A DNA stretch of 64,000 nt from Chara braunii (taxonomy: Eukaryota; Plantae; Charophyceae). The DNA is taken from assembly GCA_003427395.1 (NCBI GenBank), contig BFEA01000026.1:4080404-4144403 (forward strand). Direction: 5' to 3'. Below, piece after piece: positions 12,000 to 25,139 of the stretch. A program made the position numbers and the translations under genes. Every line of letters starts with the position of its first letter. Position 1 is the first letter of the stretch. The notes below the pieces were generated by a model that did not search any database, was not told the origin of the DNA, and saw nothing but the letters and a program-made list of their open reading frames with translations.

Positions 12000-14025
12000 T
12001 ACCCCCCCCACCAAAAATTCATCTTTTTCGTTGTTTTTTTGTGTGGGGGGGTGGGACAGGGGATGCACCGCCACGTGGCGCTGTCAGAATGGCGAAACCC
12101 CCTCCCCTGCGGTCGCCACGTGTCCGCCAATCCGCGCGTCCGCGGAGACACGTCCGCGGGCTTTGCGGACTGGCCATGGCCGCGGACTTGGCCGCGCCTG
12201 TCCGCCGCCGGGGGGGATACATAGGTAGGTGGCATCCATATGTGTGACGGTGGAAACAGGCATTTGCAGCGGCGCAGTGGAGTCCTCGTACGTCGTCACG
12301 AATTTGTGAGCGCCCCCGCGAAGGTCCATCGCCATCGCCTTTGCATGGCGCCACGCCTATGTGTTGAGTCCAACACACGCGGGGAACGTCGTGGGGGACT
12401 TGGTGTTGAGGTTACCGTGGTCGTGCCGAGTTGGTAGGCTGTCGTATTTTCATGGTTCATGAGCATTGCAACGCACGTGCCGATGGAGGGCGGCAGCAAC
12501 GACGGACGTGCGAAGTTGACGACGATCAAGAAGACGGTCGTGGCGGCGGTCATGACAGCCGTGCTTTTTCGCTGTCAGCAGGAGAGGGCATTAGGCAGAA
12601 TGAGAGCACAGATCCGCGCACGGAGGAGGAAGACGCTTCATCACGTCCTGGTCAAAGGGCTGGATACCGTGGCCATCACCGAAGCTGCGGTTCAGGTTTG
12701 CTGCACCATGGGTTGAAGTGTTCTTCCACGAGTGACGCCGAGGTGGTGGATGAAAAGGAGGATGGGAGGGGCATGGGAAGATCTCAGGCAATGCGATGAT
12801 GCGACGGAGGAGTACTTCTGGGAGAAGCTGCGTATATCGCCACGTGTCTTTCGGGCGATGGCGATTGCATCCAGTGTGGACGAGCGCCCGCGGGATGTGT
12901 TGTCGATGTCGATGTCGACTGCAGTCGGTGTCGATCCCTTGTCTTCTCTGCTGGAGGCTTTCGATAGAGGCCGGCCATCAACGATAGAGGAAGTACACGT
13001 GGAACAGGAAAACCACAAGAAGGAAAATTGTGACTAGGAGCAGCAATGGCAACCTTTAATGGAGGTCAACCATCAACAACACGTACGACAAGGCCGTAAT
13101 TCTACGACGACGGTGAAGGTCCACCGAACAGCGACGATGAAAGGAGCAGACGGACAACAAACGACACACACACTCTAATGGGTCGTACGCCCTTGCGCAG
13201 CGAGTCGGGCCATGGCCTGCCCGGTGGCTTCTGGATTGGTCCACTGAAGACCTGCTCTTCGCCTGCCGTCCGTCCATGCCAACGTACTTCTTCGTAGACC
13301 GCCTCTTACATGTACGCCGAGGCACCCTGCCGAGGATGCAGACGTGGAAGAAGACGACAAGGACAAGCAAAAGGATGACCAGGAGCAGCAGCGGCAGCCT
13401 TCGAAAGACGTCGGTCATGAAAGGCAAGTGGGGAAGGGCAGTGGCTAGACGAGGACGGTACACCTCCAGCAAACGGCGACGAAGAGGGATGCAAAAGGCA
13501 GACCGCATTAAGGGACAAACGCCTTGTAATGTTTTTCGCCGCGGAATACAGTGGGCAATTGGAGCAAGGGGGGTCAGCTGAAGTATTCAAATTTGCCGAC
13601 CGTTCGACCCCTTTCCGTTTGGCGGCACACACTGCGAGGGAGAACACTCGCCGACGACGTCCGCGGGTGCCGGCCGATCACCAACAGTTACCGTTGGCAT
13701 AAAGTTCCTGGAAGCCGAATGTTGAAGACCCAAGATGTCCGTGCGCTGCCCGGTAGGAACTCCAATGGACCAGCCGACAGAAAAGTATTGCCGACGATGG
13801 GTGCCCTCGCTGCTCCGATTATCGTGGATCCTTGACCTCCAAGGGACCTCGGGAGGTCCCTTTGGGACTGCCACCAAATGGCTGTAGCCCGAGGATGCCC
13901 CAAGGATTCCCCAAGGAAATATTCTCACTTTTTTTTTTTCGTTTTCATCCCCGAGGATAGGTGGAACGAAATTTTCCTTGGGGGATTTATGGGCCTGAGG
14001 AGTCACAGGATTGTCTAACGAGCCC
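12000..14025 (+). mobile_element. Internally deleted PIF/Harbinger element (left end not resolved)
   Basis: 12483-12860 encodes MEGGSNDGRAKL...TPRWWMKRRMGGAWEDLRQCDD, homologous to the transposase N-terminus at 29984; the minus strand at about 13190-13420 matches the 5' part of the Myb ORF (YDP motif); TIR-like TGTCTAACGAGCCC at 14012-14025. Confidence 0.8.
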
Positions 14026-14773
14026 CCAAATCAGAGGCCCGCTCGGAGAGCGTTCTTTGAGTGATTAATATCCCCAGCCCCGGGAAACATCAAACATCAA
14101 TCTCAGTGCCACATGATGTATTAATGGGACGCTGGACCCGGTTTCCAGCAGGTGCCGCTCCCAACCAATAGATGGAGCAGCCCAATAGGTATGTCCTCAA
14201 TTCTGGCGGTTCTCTTACCACTGCCAGGATAGAGGGATGGGCCCGGTTCCCAGCACGTGCTGCTCCCCACGAATGGACTGGAGCATTGCCTTTGATTTAA
14301 AAAAAAAAAAAAAAAAAAAAAAGACATGGGGTCTCAAGATAAGACCCTGTCCATACTTAACAAAAGCAGTCAGCATTTGCAGTCGGCAGGCTGGGGCTGG
14401 AGCAAGCAGCCGGTCAGTATCAGTCCCTATTTTTCCTATCTGGCGCCCTCCCTCTGAGGGTGAAGAGATACAAAGGCAACAGCAGTTCTCCAAGGTCTAC
14501 ACAGGTCTGGCAGGCAACAGCGGTTCCGGCGCCCTCTCTCTGAGGGTGAAAAGATACAAAGGCAACAACAGCTCTCCAAGGTCTACACAGGTCTGCTCAG
14601 TTAATCCCCTGCTCTGCAGGGCAATCTATGCTGGCAGGTAGCAGCGGTGCTCTAACATGCACTTTTGGCTTTCACATAAGCCTGCTCAGTTAATCCCCTG
14701 ATTCTGCAGGGCAGTCAATGCTGGCAGGTCCCACAGCTACTCACAGTCATTGGTTCCAGTTTTGCTGTAACAC

Positions 14774-14919
14774 GGGACGCTGGACCCGATTTCCAGCAGG
14801 TGACGCTCCCCACCAATAGATGGAGCCTCTCCTCCGGTGATAGTGCTGTCTGCTCTTATCAGCAGCACTAGCACTGGAAGGGGTGCTTGTCCCAAAAAAA
14901 AAAAAAAAAAAAAAAAAAA
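14774..14919 (+). mobile_element. Structured SINE-like / LINE 3'-end repeat with poly(A)
   Basis: gggacgctggacccg...ctgctcttatcagcag followed by an A tail; further partial copies at about 14126, 14239, 15266, 54523, 54581, 55320, 55505-55560 (minus) and 57430. Confidence 0.75.
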
Positions 14920-16447
14920 GATAAGGATGCTCAAGTCATCAGCACAAGGGATCGTTTTGGAGCCTTGGCTGATGGGCCCAAGGCCTCCACGAGGCCCCAA
15001 AGTCTCCATGAGACCCCAAGGTCTCTGAGAGATGCCAATACGATTCTCTTATGGCATCTAATTCGAGGTCCCCTGTTAAGGTTCTCAGAGTTCTTCAAAC
15101 ATAGAAAGTACTGTGAATTGGTTGAATCTTGTAGTCTCCCAGTCTTTTATGAGACTTTTAGGACTGGTTATGTCACCTTTTTTTCCGGCGCCATATTGGT
15201 GAAGAGGTCCTTTTGAGTCCGTCAGTGGAAGATTGAAACAAGTAAAGACATTTTGGTGATAGCAAGGGACGTCTGACCTGGTTTCCAACAGGTGTTGCCC
15301 CCCACCAATAGAATGGAGTCATCGAAAATCGCAGCCCCCAACTGTACAGGCGCTCATACAGCCAGCGCAGTAGTGGCCTGTTCCTGATGTTCAACTATAA
15401 TAATAAAAAAAAAATGTTGGATTAACATGTAGAACAGTAGAACACTATTATGAAAAAGAGGAGAATCACGAATAACAATAAAAAAGATCCAGCGCGCGGG
15501 CGATAGGGGATCGCGAAAGCGCTACCGCAGAGAAGGTAGCGCCATGCCAGAACTGGTCGTCGGAGCGACGGGGACGAGTGAGGCGGCGCTGAGGGGGCGC
15601 CACATGGGATCGTTCCAGAAGGGCATTACTGTGCTCTTGTCGTGACCTGGTCTTGGTCGACGTTACGTCGGCAATCCTGTTGAGCCATGAGAGGATAGAG
15701 GACATAGTGGGGGCGGTGGACGGGCAGGATCTGCGCGCCGGTACATATCAGAATTGTCAACATGTCAGGGGCGTGAGCCCTTGGCTTCAGATACGGAAAC
15801 TGAAGACATGGAAGGAAACTCGTCGAGGACTGGTAATGGTCGAACCATGCTCGGGTGTAATGATGGATGAGAAGGATGGATGGAGACGGATGGAGAGTAT
15901 GTCCCTCGTGAATAGCACTTCATTGTTCTTCTTCTATTTGATTGAATGACGTGATGAGAAGATGAACTGTGCGGGGATTTGGGGAATTTGTGAAGTTGAC
16001 GCTATGAACTGTGTGTCTATTTTGTGAAAACGGGTTTGAGAGCTTGTAAATAGCATATCATAGTTCTCCTTCTATTGGGTGAAGAAATGTGGATTATTAC
16101 TTTGGGCTTATTGTATTACCTTGGAATTGTCGATTGATGTTCTAGGATTATTGAATAAGGAGAACAGCAGTAGGTTGTAATCTGGAGAATTCGTAGGTTG
16201 TGACCTGGAGAATTCGGCCCCCTGGTTTTCCTTTCGGCGGTTTGCGTGGAATGGTATCATTATTCTCCCCGCGTGGTGCCGGACTAACTGGGGTAGGGAT
16301 TGGAATTGGGACAGCAGATATAATCGATTTGAAACTCGATAAGCTGGACTAACTGGGGTGTGGATTGGAAGTGGGATTGTAGATATAAACGATTGAAATC
16401 CGATAGACTTGGGGCGAATAAGAGTGATATACAATATACAGGGAAGA

Positions 16448-18381
16448 ATGGATCAGCAACGCAAACAATTGTGTGAAATGGTGCGAGAATGTTTCATAAT
16501 CGGAAAAGAGAATCCGAATGTGGCAGAACGGTATATAGCAACCACCAGAGATGCATCGAATGATACGGTCGTAGTAGACATAGACCCTAGAGCGGCAGAA
16601 GTCACGGTGGAGTATTTGCGTAGGCATGGGGTGTTGGTGATCTTCCAAGGACTTGATGCTGCAGTGCCATTTGCCAAAAAAGAGGAATGGTTGAGATCTA
16701 TTGAAGCGGGTTGGGATCCCACCATGCTGCAAGGTCAGAAAGGCCGGGTTCGGCCGGAGGGAGCTAATGTGATTACATACCTCACTGTCAATCATGTCTT
16801 GCGAGACTGGTTAATTAATACTTTGCAGAAAGAAGACAACGCGGTGGTGGGTGGGAAATCGTGCAAAGTGCTCTACAAACAGTGGGCAACCCCAGCAGAG
16901 CAGGCCAAGGCAAGGGAAGACCTACAGGCCCAGAGATTCGGGATTAGGGTTTTGAGGGTCCCCTTCCTGGCCATGCCTTTCTTGGAAGCAGCAATAAAAA
17001 GAGAATTCGGTCAGGTACAAAAAGCATATTCACCGGAACGAAATCAGGCGGCGCCTCGATTGGTTAACCGCAGATTCGACCTCCACCCCAGGGCAAAGTC
17101 GAAGATAACCAAATATCTCAAATTTCGTTCCCGTCAGGGGTGGCATAATGTGGAGGTGGTCACCCAAGACTCGCCATGGTGTCACGATTGTCGCTGGTAC
17201 GACCACAAATCTGGTGATGCCACCTGCCCGAAAAAAGGAATGGGGACGGTGACTGGCGGACCAGCAGTGGCAGTAATAACATCCGCAGGACCGTCAGTTA
17301 CAGCAGGACCAACGGTTACAGCAGGGACTCCGTCATCATCGGGTCAATCTCCTACTCGACCTTCTCATTCAACTTCGTCCACGCCAATGGGAGATCCGGT
17401 GACCTCGGTGTTTATGAACCCAGTGTCAGTTGTTGTTAGTTCAGTACCGGGCTCTTTGGGATATAGTCCTATGAAGAGCCTGATGTCTGCAGAGCCCGCT
17501 ACTGCCACAGTGGTTGCAACGACAACTGCAACGACAACTGCAACGACAGTGGCTGCACAAGGGACACCCCAGGTAGAACCTTCGTTGACATAGATGCAGC
17601 AGCAGGCTTCACCAGGACCGGCAGTGCGAATGCAACCCCAGAAAGAACCGGTATTGACTCATCGGAAAATTCTCACCGGAGGACCGAAACAGGCAGGATA
17701 TACACCGTACCAACGTTCAGGATAGGCTCGGAAAAAGGATGACAGATTGGTTACTTGGGCAGACATGGTGGAAGACGAAGAAGATTATGAGGATGGAAAC
17801 CACCCGCCTAGAGTAGACGAACAAAATCAGCAGCATTTTCGGCGAGCGGAAGTGTTTCCTGGCTCTATCAGAGAAGCTGTAGCGGCGGGACAGCCTTGGG
17901 TGGTGATTTCGTTAGTGTTTTTGGCAGTGGAAGGGGATTTGCAACTGATGACTGCCCTCTCGCCATAAGGGACTCTTTCAATACCCCACTTTGTCATGTA
18001 CACAGAGCCGACTGTGGAATCGGTTTTGACAGAGACCCAAAAGTGACTGGCATCCGCTTACAGAGTTAGACCTTTCCCATCAATGGAATGGGTTCGGTTA
18101 ACACCTACAAATGCCCAGGGCCGAACTGACATTCTATGCTTTCCGATTATTGATGCGATTGTTAATCCAGCGGCAAAAGGAGCTGCTCTCCTGACTGGTT
18201 GAGATGGGTTTCGCTGCAGTTGTTTAAGAACCTGGGAGGACAGACTGCAACAGATACCAGAGTATACGATTGTTGGAATGCAGCGCTGCTTACCCAAGTG
18301 GATTCGCATATACCATGGCACAAAAGTATTTTTTCGAATCAGTTCCTCATGCTGAAATGTGCAGATTGGCCCGCAATGTAA
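16448..18381 (+). pseudogene. LINE ORF1 (zinc-knuckle-like WCHDCRWYDHKSGDATC, S/T/P-rich linker, C-terminal globular domain)
   Basis: The same frame continues through several stops to about 18200, then frameshifts; ends immediately before the ORF2 ATG at 18385; homologous to 34534..35230. Confidence 0.8.
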
Positions 18382-18384
18382 ACT

Positions 18385-21300
18385 ATGGACAAGATTAGAC
18401 TAGTATCATGGAATATTAGAGGATTGGGATCAAGAAGAGTAGCAATAAAGCGATCTTTGATCAAGTCTTTGGTAAGAAACAAAAGAATCCAGATTGTGTT
18501 GCTGCAAGAAACTAAGTTAAATGACACGGCGATTGTTGAACAAATGGGTTGGTGGCTGGGTGAACATTTTTGGGCCCCGGCACAAGGGACTCGGGGCGGT
18601 GTTGCCATATTGTTAACTAGGACGACGCCATTTGAAGTAACAGATCACTCCGTTGATCCTTTCGGACGCTGGGTGTGGGTAAGGATTACAGGAGGACAGG
18701 AACAGTGGGCAATCTTTAATATCTATGCCCCTATTTCGCAATCAGAGAGAGTGGATCTGTTCACATCGCTCCCGTGGATCATACCTGGAGTGGACAACCT
18801 CATCCTGGGCGGGGACTGGAATACAACCCTCGTCCTCGGGGTGGATTCCATGCGGCCGGGACCGGCCGGAAATGATGTTGCTCGGCTGACCAACTTCATC
18901 TACTCCAACGGATTCACTGACCTATTTCGAGTCTTGCACCCGTTTGAACAAGCCTTTACCTTTTTTTCGGCGGGAGCCCCGCAACAACAATACCTACCTA
19001 GAAGTCGTATAAACTTGTTTTTTGCGTCAGACACCTTGATGTCAAGACTTTCGAGATGTTTCGTTGTACCATATGTAGGATCAAATCACTTACCTTTATT
19101 TTTAGAATTCTTTCTTCACATCACTGTCAGGGTGGGAAGGGACAGGATCATGTTGCCGGAATGGGTAGTGCAGACACAAACCTTTTCCCAATTTATTTAT
19201 GAGTTTTGGCCTAAGTGGAAGACTGCCAAAGCTTTGTTCCCCTCATTGGCAGAATGGTTTCAGGGAGGACAGCGAATAGTGTTATAGAGAAACCTGCTAA
19301 TCAAGAAATTTATCCTTCTTGCTAATCGGACAGAGTTACAGAAAATAAACGAAGAATTGGCAGGAGTTATGCGTCAAGCCTCGGCGGTGACCCGGCCACA
19401 AGAGGAACACGCCTTGATGACTCGGATGGAGGATCTCAAACAACGATGGACAATGCAGGCTCAGCCAGCAATGAGGAATGTAATCCACAACAAGAGGATA
19501 GGCTGGCTGGTGAAAGGTGATCGAATGACTTCCTCCTTTTTCGCAGCTCACCGCCCGCCCATACAAAAGCAGATGATATCAGCTATTAAGCATCCGTTTG
19601 ACGATTCGGCACCGACGACAGTAGAAACAAGAACAATTGTCATTAACGTCTCATTATTCTATGAAAACCTGCTGACTTCGCAAGCGCAATGTACGGAGCA
19701 ACAGTTACTCCAGCAGTATCATGAACAGGTCTGGACTAAAGTGAATAAGAAATTGTCTAACTACCAACGTCAACGGCTGGAGGCTGATATAGACATGCAA
19801 GGAGTGGTAGATGCAATCTCATCCTTGTCATAGCATAAAGCACCGGGGTTGGATGGCCTACCGGCCCGTTTTTTTAAAGGTCTCTCGTTGCACTTGCTAC
19901 CAAAGTTGTTGCCAATCTTTCAGGCAGTCTGGAACGAAGTATCATTGTCGGCTTCGACATTGCAAGGAATTATTACTTTTGCTTACAAGAAAGGTGATCG
20001 ATCTGACATAGCAAATTATAGACCGATAACGCTAATGCCGGTGATTTACAAAATTCTGTCCAAAATAATGGCAGCCAGACTACAGAGAGTCCTTCCTTCT
20101 CTGATTCACCACACTCAGACAGGCTTTCTTGTAGGAAGACAGATTCTCCACAATGTGATGATTGTAGAACAGTTAGCTGAACTGGTAGCTGGAGGTGAGG
20201 ACAGTCTTGCCATTGTGTTGTTGGACTTGGCAAAGGCATACGACAGAGTCGGTTGGGAATTCCTGCAGGCAACACTTACCGCATTTGGATTTCGACCAAA
20301 GTATAAGCACGCAGTGGAAAGCCGTTTGCACGACGCCACTTCCACAGTCTGCGTTAACGGGATTTTATCACAGCCAATTCGACTAAGCAGGTCGGTTAGA
20401 CAGGGTTGTCCAGTGACACCGTATTTGTATTTGCTGTATGTAGAAATAATGCATATTCTAATCAGATCTAACCCGTAAATTCCGGGATTCTTACTGCCCT
20501 CAGGAGAAAGACTGAAGACGGAAGCTTTCGCTGATCACTCGGTAGCCTTTACTCCTGTCGACGACCAAGCCTTCTTCGCACTCAGAGAAACCGTAGATCT
20601 GTTTTGTCAACTATCACAAGCAAAGGTCAACTGGTCTAAATCCTTAGTTCTGATACCTCCGGGCGAACAACCTCCGCTCAACTGGGGACTCAGGATAGTG
20701 GTCCCGGGGGGACAGGAAAGGCTGCTGGGACACCAAATCTCCTTTGACACATTGTTGATATAAGATTCCTTCACATCAACAGCAGGTCTGCATTTGGCAC
20801 TGCAGCCGTGGGTCAAGTATAAAGGCGTCAGCTTGTTTGGTCGAGCAGCGATAATCAACAATGCAGTGCTGTCCACCTTGTGGTACCGTCAGGCCATTCA
20901 TCAATTGGATAGAGCGTCGTTGCAGATGATACGCCACATGCTAACCCATTATTTGTGGAAAGAAGAGATTGATGATGATAACTTTTTGCCTAAAGTGGCA
21001 TGGGAAACAGTAACTCAACCGAAACGGAATGGAGGATTAGCAATACTTGACCCGGAACGACAGATGGATGCACTCCTAGCAAGATGGGTCCCATGGGCAA
21101 TCCTGCAAAGCCCGTGCATGCCGTGGAGGCAATTGGCAGAGTTTTACATTTGTTCTTGGTTGGAATGGACCGACATCCGCTGTATTTGGCTGGCTGTACT
21201 CAATCCGGAGTATCAGCGGAAGAGATTGCCACCTGGAGTATGGGCAGGAATATTGAAAGCTTGGAGGGGTGTTTGCCCGGAATTGCAAACCCCCCCGCTA

Positions 21301-22617
21301 GTTTTTGAAAGATTAATGACCCAACCGTTGTTCAACAACCCCTGTCTACTCAATCTGGAAGGCCGTCCGTTTCGATGTTTTGGGCCGCGAGAGTTTGGCA
21401 ACGCATGGATGTCAAGAGGAGTTGGAACAGTGGCTGACATCTGGGATGTCACACAGTCTGACTGGAAAACGATTGGCAACCTGGCCCCAAGGCTACAAGG
21501 ACTGTGGCGCAAGGAAGAACACATGCAACAACTGAGGAATGCTGTTCCGCAACAATGGGTGGACATTTTGAGAATGGGACCGCAATTGGTGAAAGGGATG
21601 TGGTATAAGGATTCACAGCAAGAGACACCGGACTGCATCTGAAAGATTGAAGATTATTCAGAGGCGGTGGAGATTCCAACAACTTGCTGGAGGGTGCGGG
21701 GAGGCGTTGACTTGTTAGGAGAGCCTCTGCAGCTCTCTGAAGAGCAGCTCCCCCTCCCTCCGCTTGACCAACTCCTGCCGGTCTGCGTACTGAAGAACAA
21801 ACAAAGCTACAGACCTTATCGGTTGAAAGAGCCACTTTACAGACTGACAGTAGATCCCAGAGATTGGGCATGGGAACACCCGCTACATAATGCAGAATAG
21901 GTGGAGATAGCAGATTATACAACGAAGTTGGGATACTTGATAATGACACCACGTATGGACATTAACTGGTCGGTGGCTAGAAGATGGATGGCAACAGGAT
22001 GGGTAAGGGACATGTTAACCCGATTGGTGGCTTCCCTCCCGATGTTCTGGAAGCAACTAATGGAGTTGGTTGTAAGTAAGCACGCCAGCTTGCTTCGGCT
22101 GCTGATGCACATGGCACTACCGATTAACGCTTGGTGTGCCCGTAGAACAACAAAGGCTCTACCGGAATGCGGTTTATGTCCGGGGACCCGAATTGAGGAC
22201 ATCCACCATTTTGTTCTGCAGTGTGAACTTTCAAGACCCTTTTGGGAATGGTGGAGACAATCAGGAGTTCCGATCCTAGGTGCGGACTCCCGGTGGGATG
22301 ATGAGTTCATCCTCCTAGGAACAGTTGCAAGGAGAGTAAAGACACAAACTCGATTTACTCAGGCGGAGGAAACCATTAGAGGAGCCATACAGTGGACCCT
22401 CTGGAACCTTCGAAATGCCAGACTGAGAAAGAATGAGCAGCTGACACCACCGATGGTCAGAGTTGAAATCAAATATGCAATTAAGCAAGCCATATCGGCA
22501 GATTGGGAATACCGCGTCCAAAAAAAAGGCTTTTCGTCTGAGGCTGTTAAGTGGTTTGGAAGCAGATGGGGAAATTTTCCGGGATTGGTTTCAGCGGATG
22601 TAGCTCAGGAAGGTTAA
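18385..22617 (+). pseudogene. LINE ORF2: AP endonuclease, reverse transcriptase, zf-RVT-like C-terminus
   Basis: SWNIRG, LQETK, NIYAP, GGDWN and SNH (SDH) motifs; NYRPITL, DLAKAYDRV, VRQGCP and FADH (FADD); CGLC...HHFVLQC; multiple in-frame stops. Confidence 0.95.
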
Positions 22618-23324
22618 TTTCTACTGCAATTTTCCAATTTTTTTGTTTAGTCTTTTTTGGCATGGTTCAACTTTTGGTTTAAGGGCGTCGTTAGACACTC
22701 CTCGAGGACGCGATTCCAAGGATTCCGTCATCGTTCCACCTGTCCTCGGAGATGAAATCGGAAATGAAAATGTGAAAACACTCCGAGGACAGATCCTCGG
22801 GCTCCAAGGATTTCACAGCCAAATCGTCCTCGAACTCGAAGGACCTCGCGAGGTCCTTCGGAGCCCGAGGATCCGAAGGTGGTCCAGTGGTGGTCCAGCG
22901 GCCAAAAGACGGACATCCCCGACCGTCGTAGTCGAAAACCTCTAGCAACGGCCTCCTCGTTTTACCGTTGGCGCTAAATCGCGGGACGGCCCTGTAGGTC
23001 CTTCAGGCGGCCCCACGGAGGGGCCATGGCGATCGTCGGACGTCTTCGGCCGGCGCCCGGAGGCTTTGTGGCGTTCCCGCGGGCTTCCCAACGGTCGGAA
23101 TTACAGATTTTGTAAGCGTCCTCCCCCTGTTGCTGCTTGCATGAATTTCGTTCGTTGGCGTCTTCCCTTGCGACAACGGTTCTGTGTCGGCTGACCTGAC
23201 GTTGATTGTAGACCTGTACCGCAGGCTGCCTTTGCTGCTGCTCGTCGCTCTGCTGCTGCTCATCGTTGTCGTCTTCCACATTTGTTTCCTCGGCCGCGTT
23301 CCTGGAAGGAAACAGACGCGTCGA

Positions 23325-25139
23325 ATGGCGAAGAGGGCGACGAAGATGGATAAGCTTCAGACGAAGATGACGTTGTCGGTGGGAGGCGGGGGGTCCTCGC
23401 GTCAGCGTTGCAACAGTGCGGAAGGCGGTAGGCAGCCGTATGACCCGACGCTGTACAGCCACCTGCCGTTCCACGAGATTCCATTGCCTCCGAGTGACGA
23501 CGATGTCGGCGACCCCAGATCCTCAACGGTTCCTCTGGGCAGCGGCTCGACGCAGGATTGGATGGGGAGCCAGGTGTACAGACACGCATCGACGCCAACG
23601 TACACTGATTTGCTGGAGGGCCGGACCCCCGCTGGTTACGACGCTGGACTCGTCGATCTGAGCTTCGGTCTGAGGTCTGGGAGTGGCGAGGGCCTGACGC
23701 ACACTGTTCTCGTTAACCCGGCTTCTGCCTCGAAACACACATCGCCTTCCGTGAGGGCGGCTGGCCCTGCGGATAGCCGTGGATTCGTTTCGCCGAGGCG
23801 GGTGGCTTTGAGAACAGCAAGTGTGGCAGCGTCAAAGACGAAGACAGTCGGATTGGCAGGCTGCTGAACGACGATGCCAGGCGGTGCAATCGACGGAGAA
23901 GGGGACGACGACGAGCGCGACGCCACGGAGGTCGTCGGTCGTCAGTTTTGGGATGATGAACGACAACGATTGCGTTCCACGAACACGGCCAGCATAACGA
24001 GAGGGGTGGCGAGAATCAGTGTGGGGGCCGAAGAAGAATTTCAGGACTGCGCTGGTGGAGGGGGTGAGGAGATCGCTGCAGACGACGGCGGTGATGACAA
24101 CGACGAAGACGACGATGGCGAGATGGAGATTCGTCCAGTAGGGAGGAAGCGCGGAGGGTCTACGGCGAGAACCAAGGTTAGAGAATCGCACACGGGGCGG
24201 AAAGGCAAGAAGTGCGGTGAAGAATCGTCGGCAGGCGACGAAACAAAAAGCAGGGATTTTTGGACAGTGGAGCATATGATCGCTCTTATCAGAGCCAAAA
24301 GAGACCAAGATTCGCATCTGGCCGGCCTGGGGCACAACTATGGACGGATGAAGACAAAGACATGGAAGTGGGAGGACGTGGAGAAGAGGCTGGTGCAGAT
24401 GGGGGTGACGAGTAGGAAGGCCGTCGACTGCAGAAAGAAATGGGACAACCTGTACCAGCAGTTCAAATCCGTGCACAAGTTCATGGGAGAGTCTGGCAAG
24501 CCTAACTTCTTCACACTAACGCCGGGGGAGAGGAGGGAGCGGGGGTTCAACTTTAGGATGGATGAGCGCGCGTATTCGGAGATGAAGGCGATGTCCGGGG
24601 GCGATCACACTATACACCCCACGAATCTCGCGGACACGGGTGCTCCGGGAGGTGTTCAATTGCCTGGCACGGTTGGTGGGCGAAACGATTCCAGCGGTAG
24701 TGACGTAGGGGGGGGCGGTCAAGACGACAATCGCGGATCGACGAGGGATTCGTCGTTCTCCGGCGGTGGCGGTGGCGGGGCTGGCAAACGAAAGAATGTC
24801 AGACAGCAGACCTTCGAGGCGATGGCGGACGTCATGAAGGAGCACGGGGCGCTGATGTCCACGACGGTGGACAGCGTGAGCAAGAGGCAGTGCTCGATTC
24901 TGACGAGGCAATGCGACATTCTGGAGAGAGAGATACAAGTGCAGAAGGATCACTACGAGAAGGTTGACGAGGCGAACTTCTTGATGTGCAACGCCCTCAT
25001 GGAGATTGCTAAAGCGATCCGCGAACGAGCTCGACGTGGGCTGACCAGGCATGTAGAACGTCCGGAGGCATGGCCCGTATGCGCTTCCAGCACGTCGCCT
25101 TTTTCGTCGTCCTTCGTGATGCAGCACGGTGATGCGTAG
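23325..25139 (+). pseudogene. Harbinger Myb/SANT-like (trihelix-type) DNA-binding protein, one premature stop at 23865
   Basis: FWTVEHMIALIRAK...WKWEDVEKRL...DCRKKWDNLYQQFK trihelix signature and a C-terminal coiled coil; ORFs 23184..23867 and 23874..25139 are in frame. Confidence 0.88.

Noticed and set aside
14774-14890. HDV-like or hammerhead ribozyme in the SINE-like repeat
   Set aside because: Could not build the nested pseudoknot or find the CTGATGA/GAAA core; only simple hairpins are supported.
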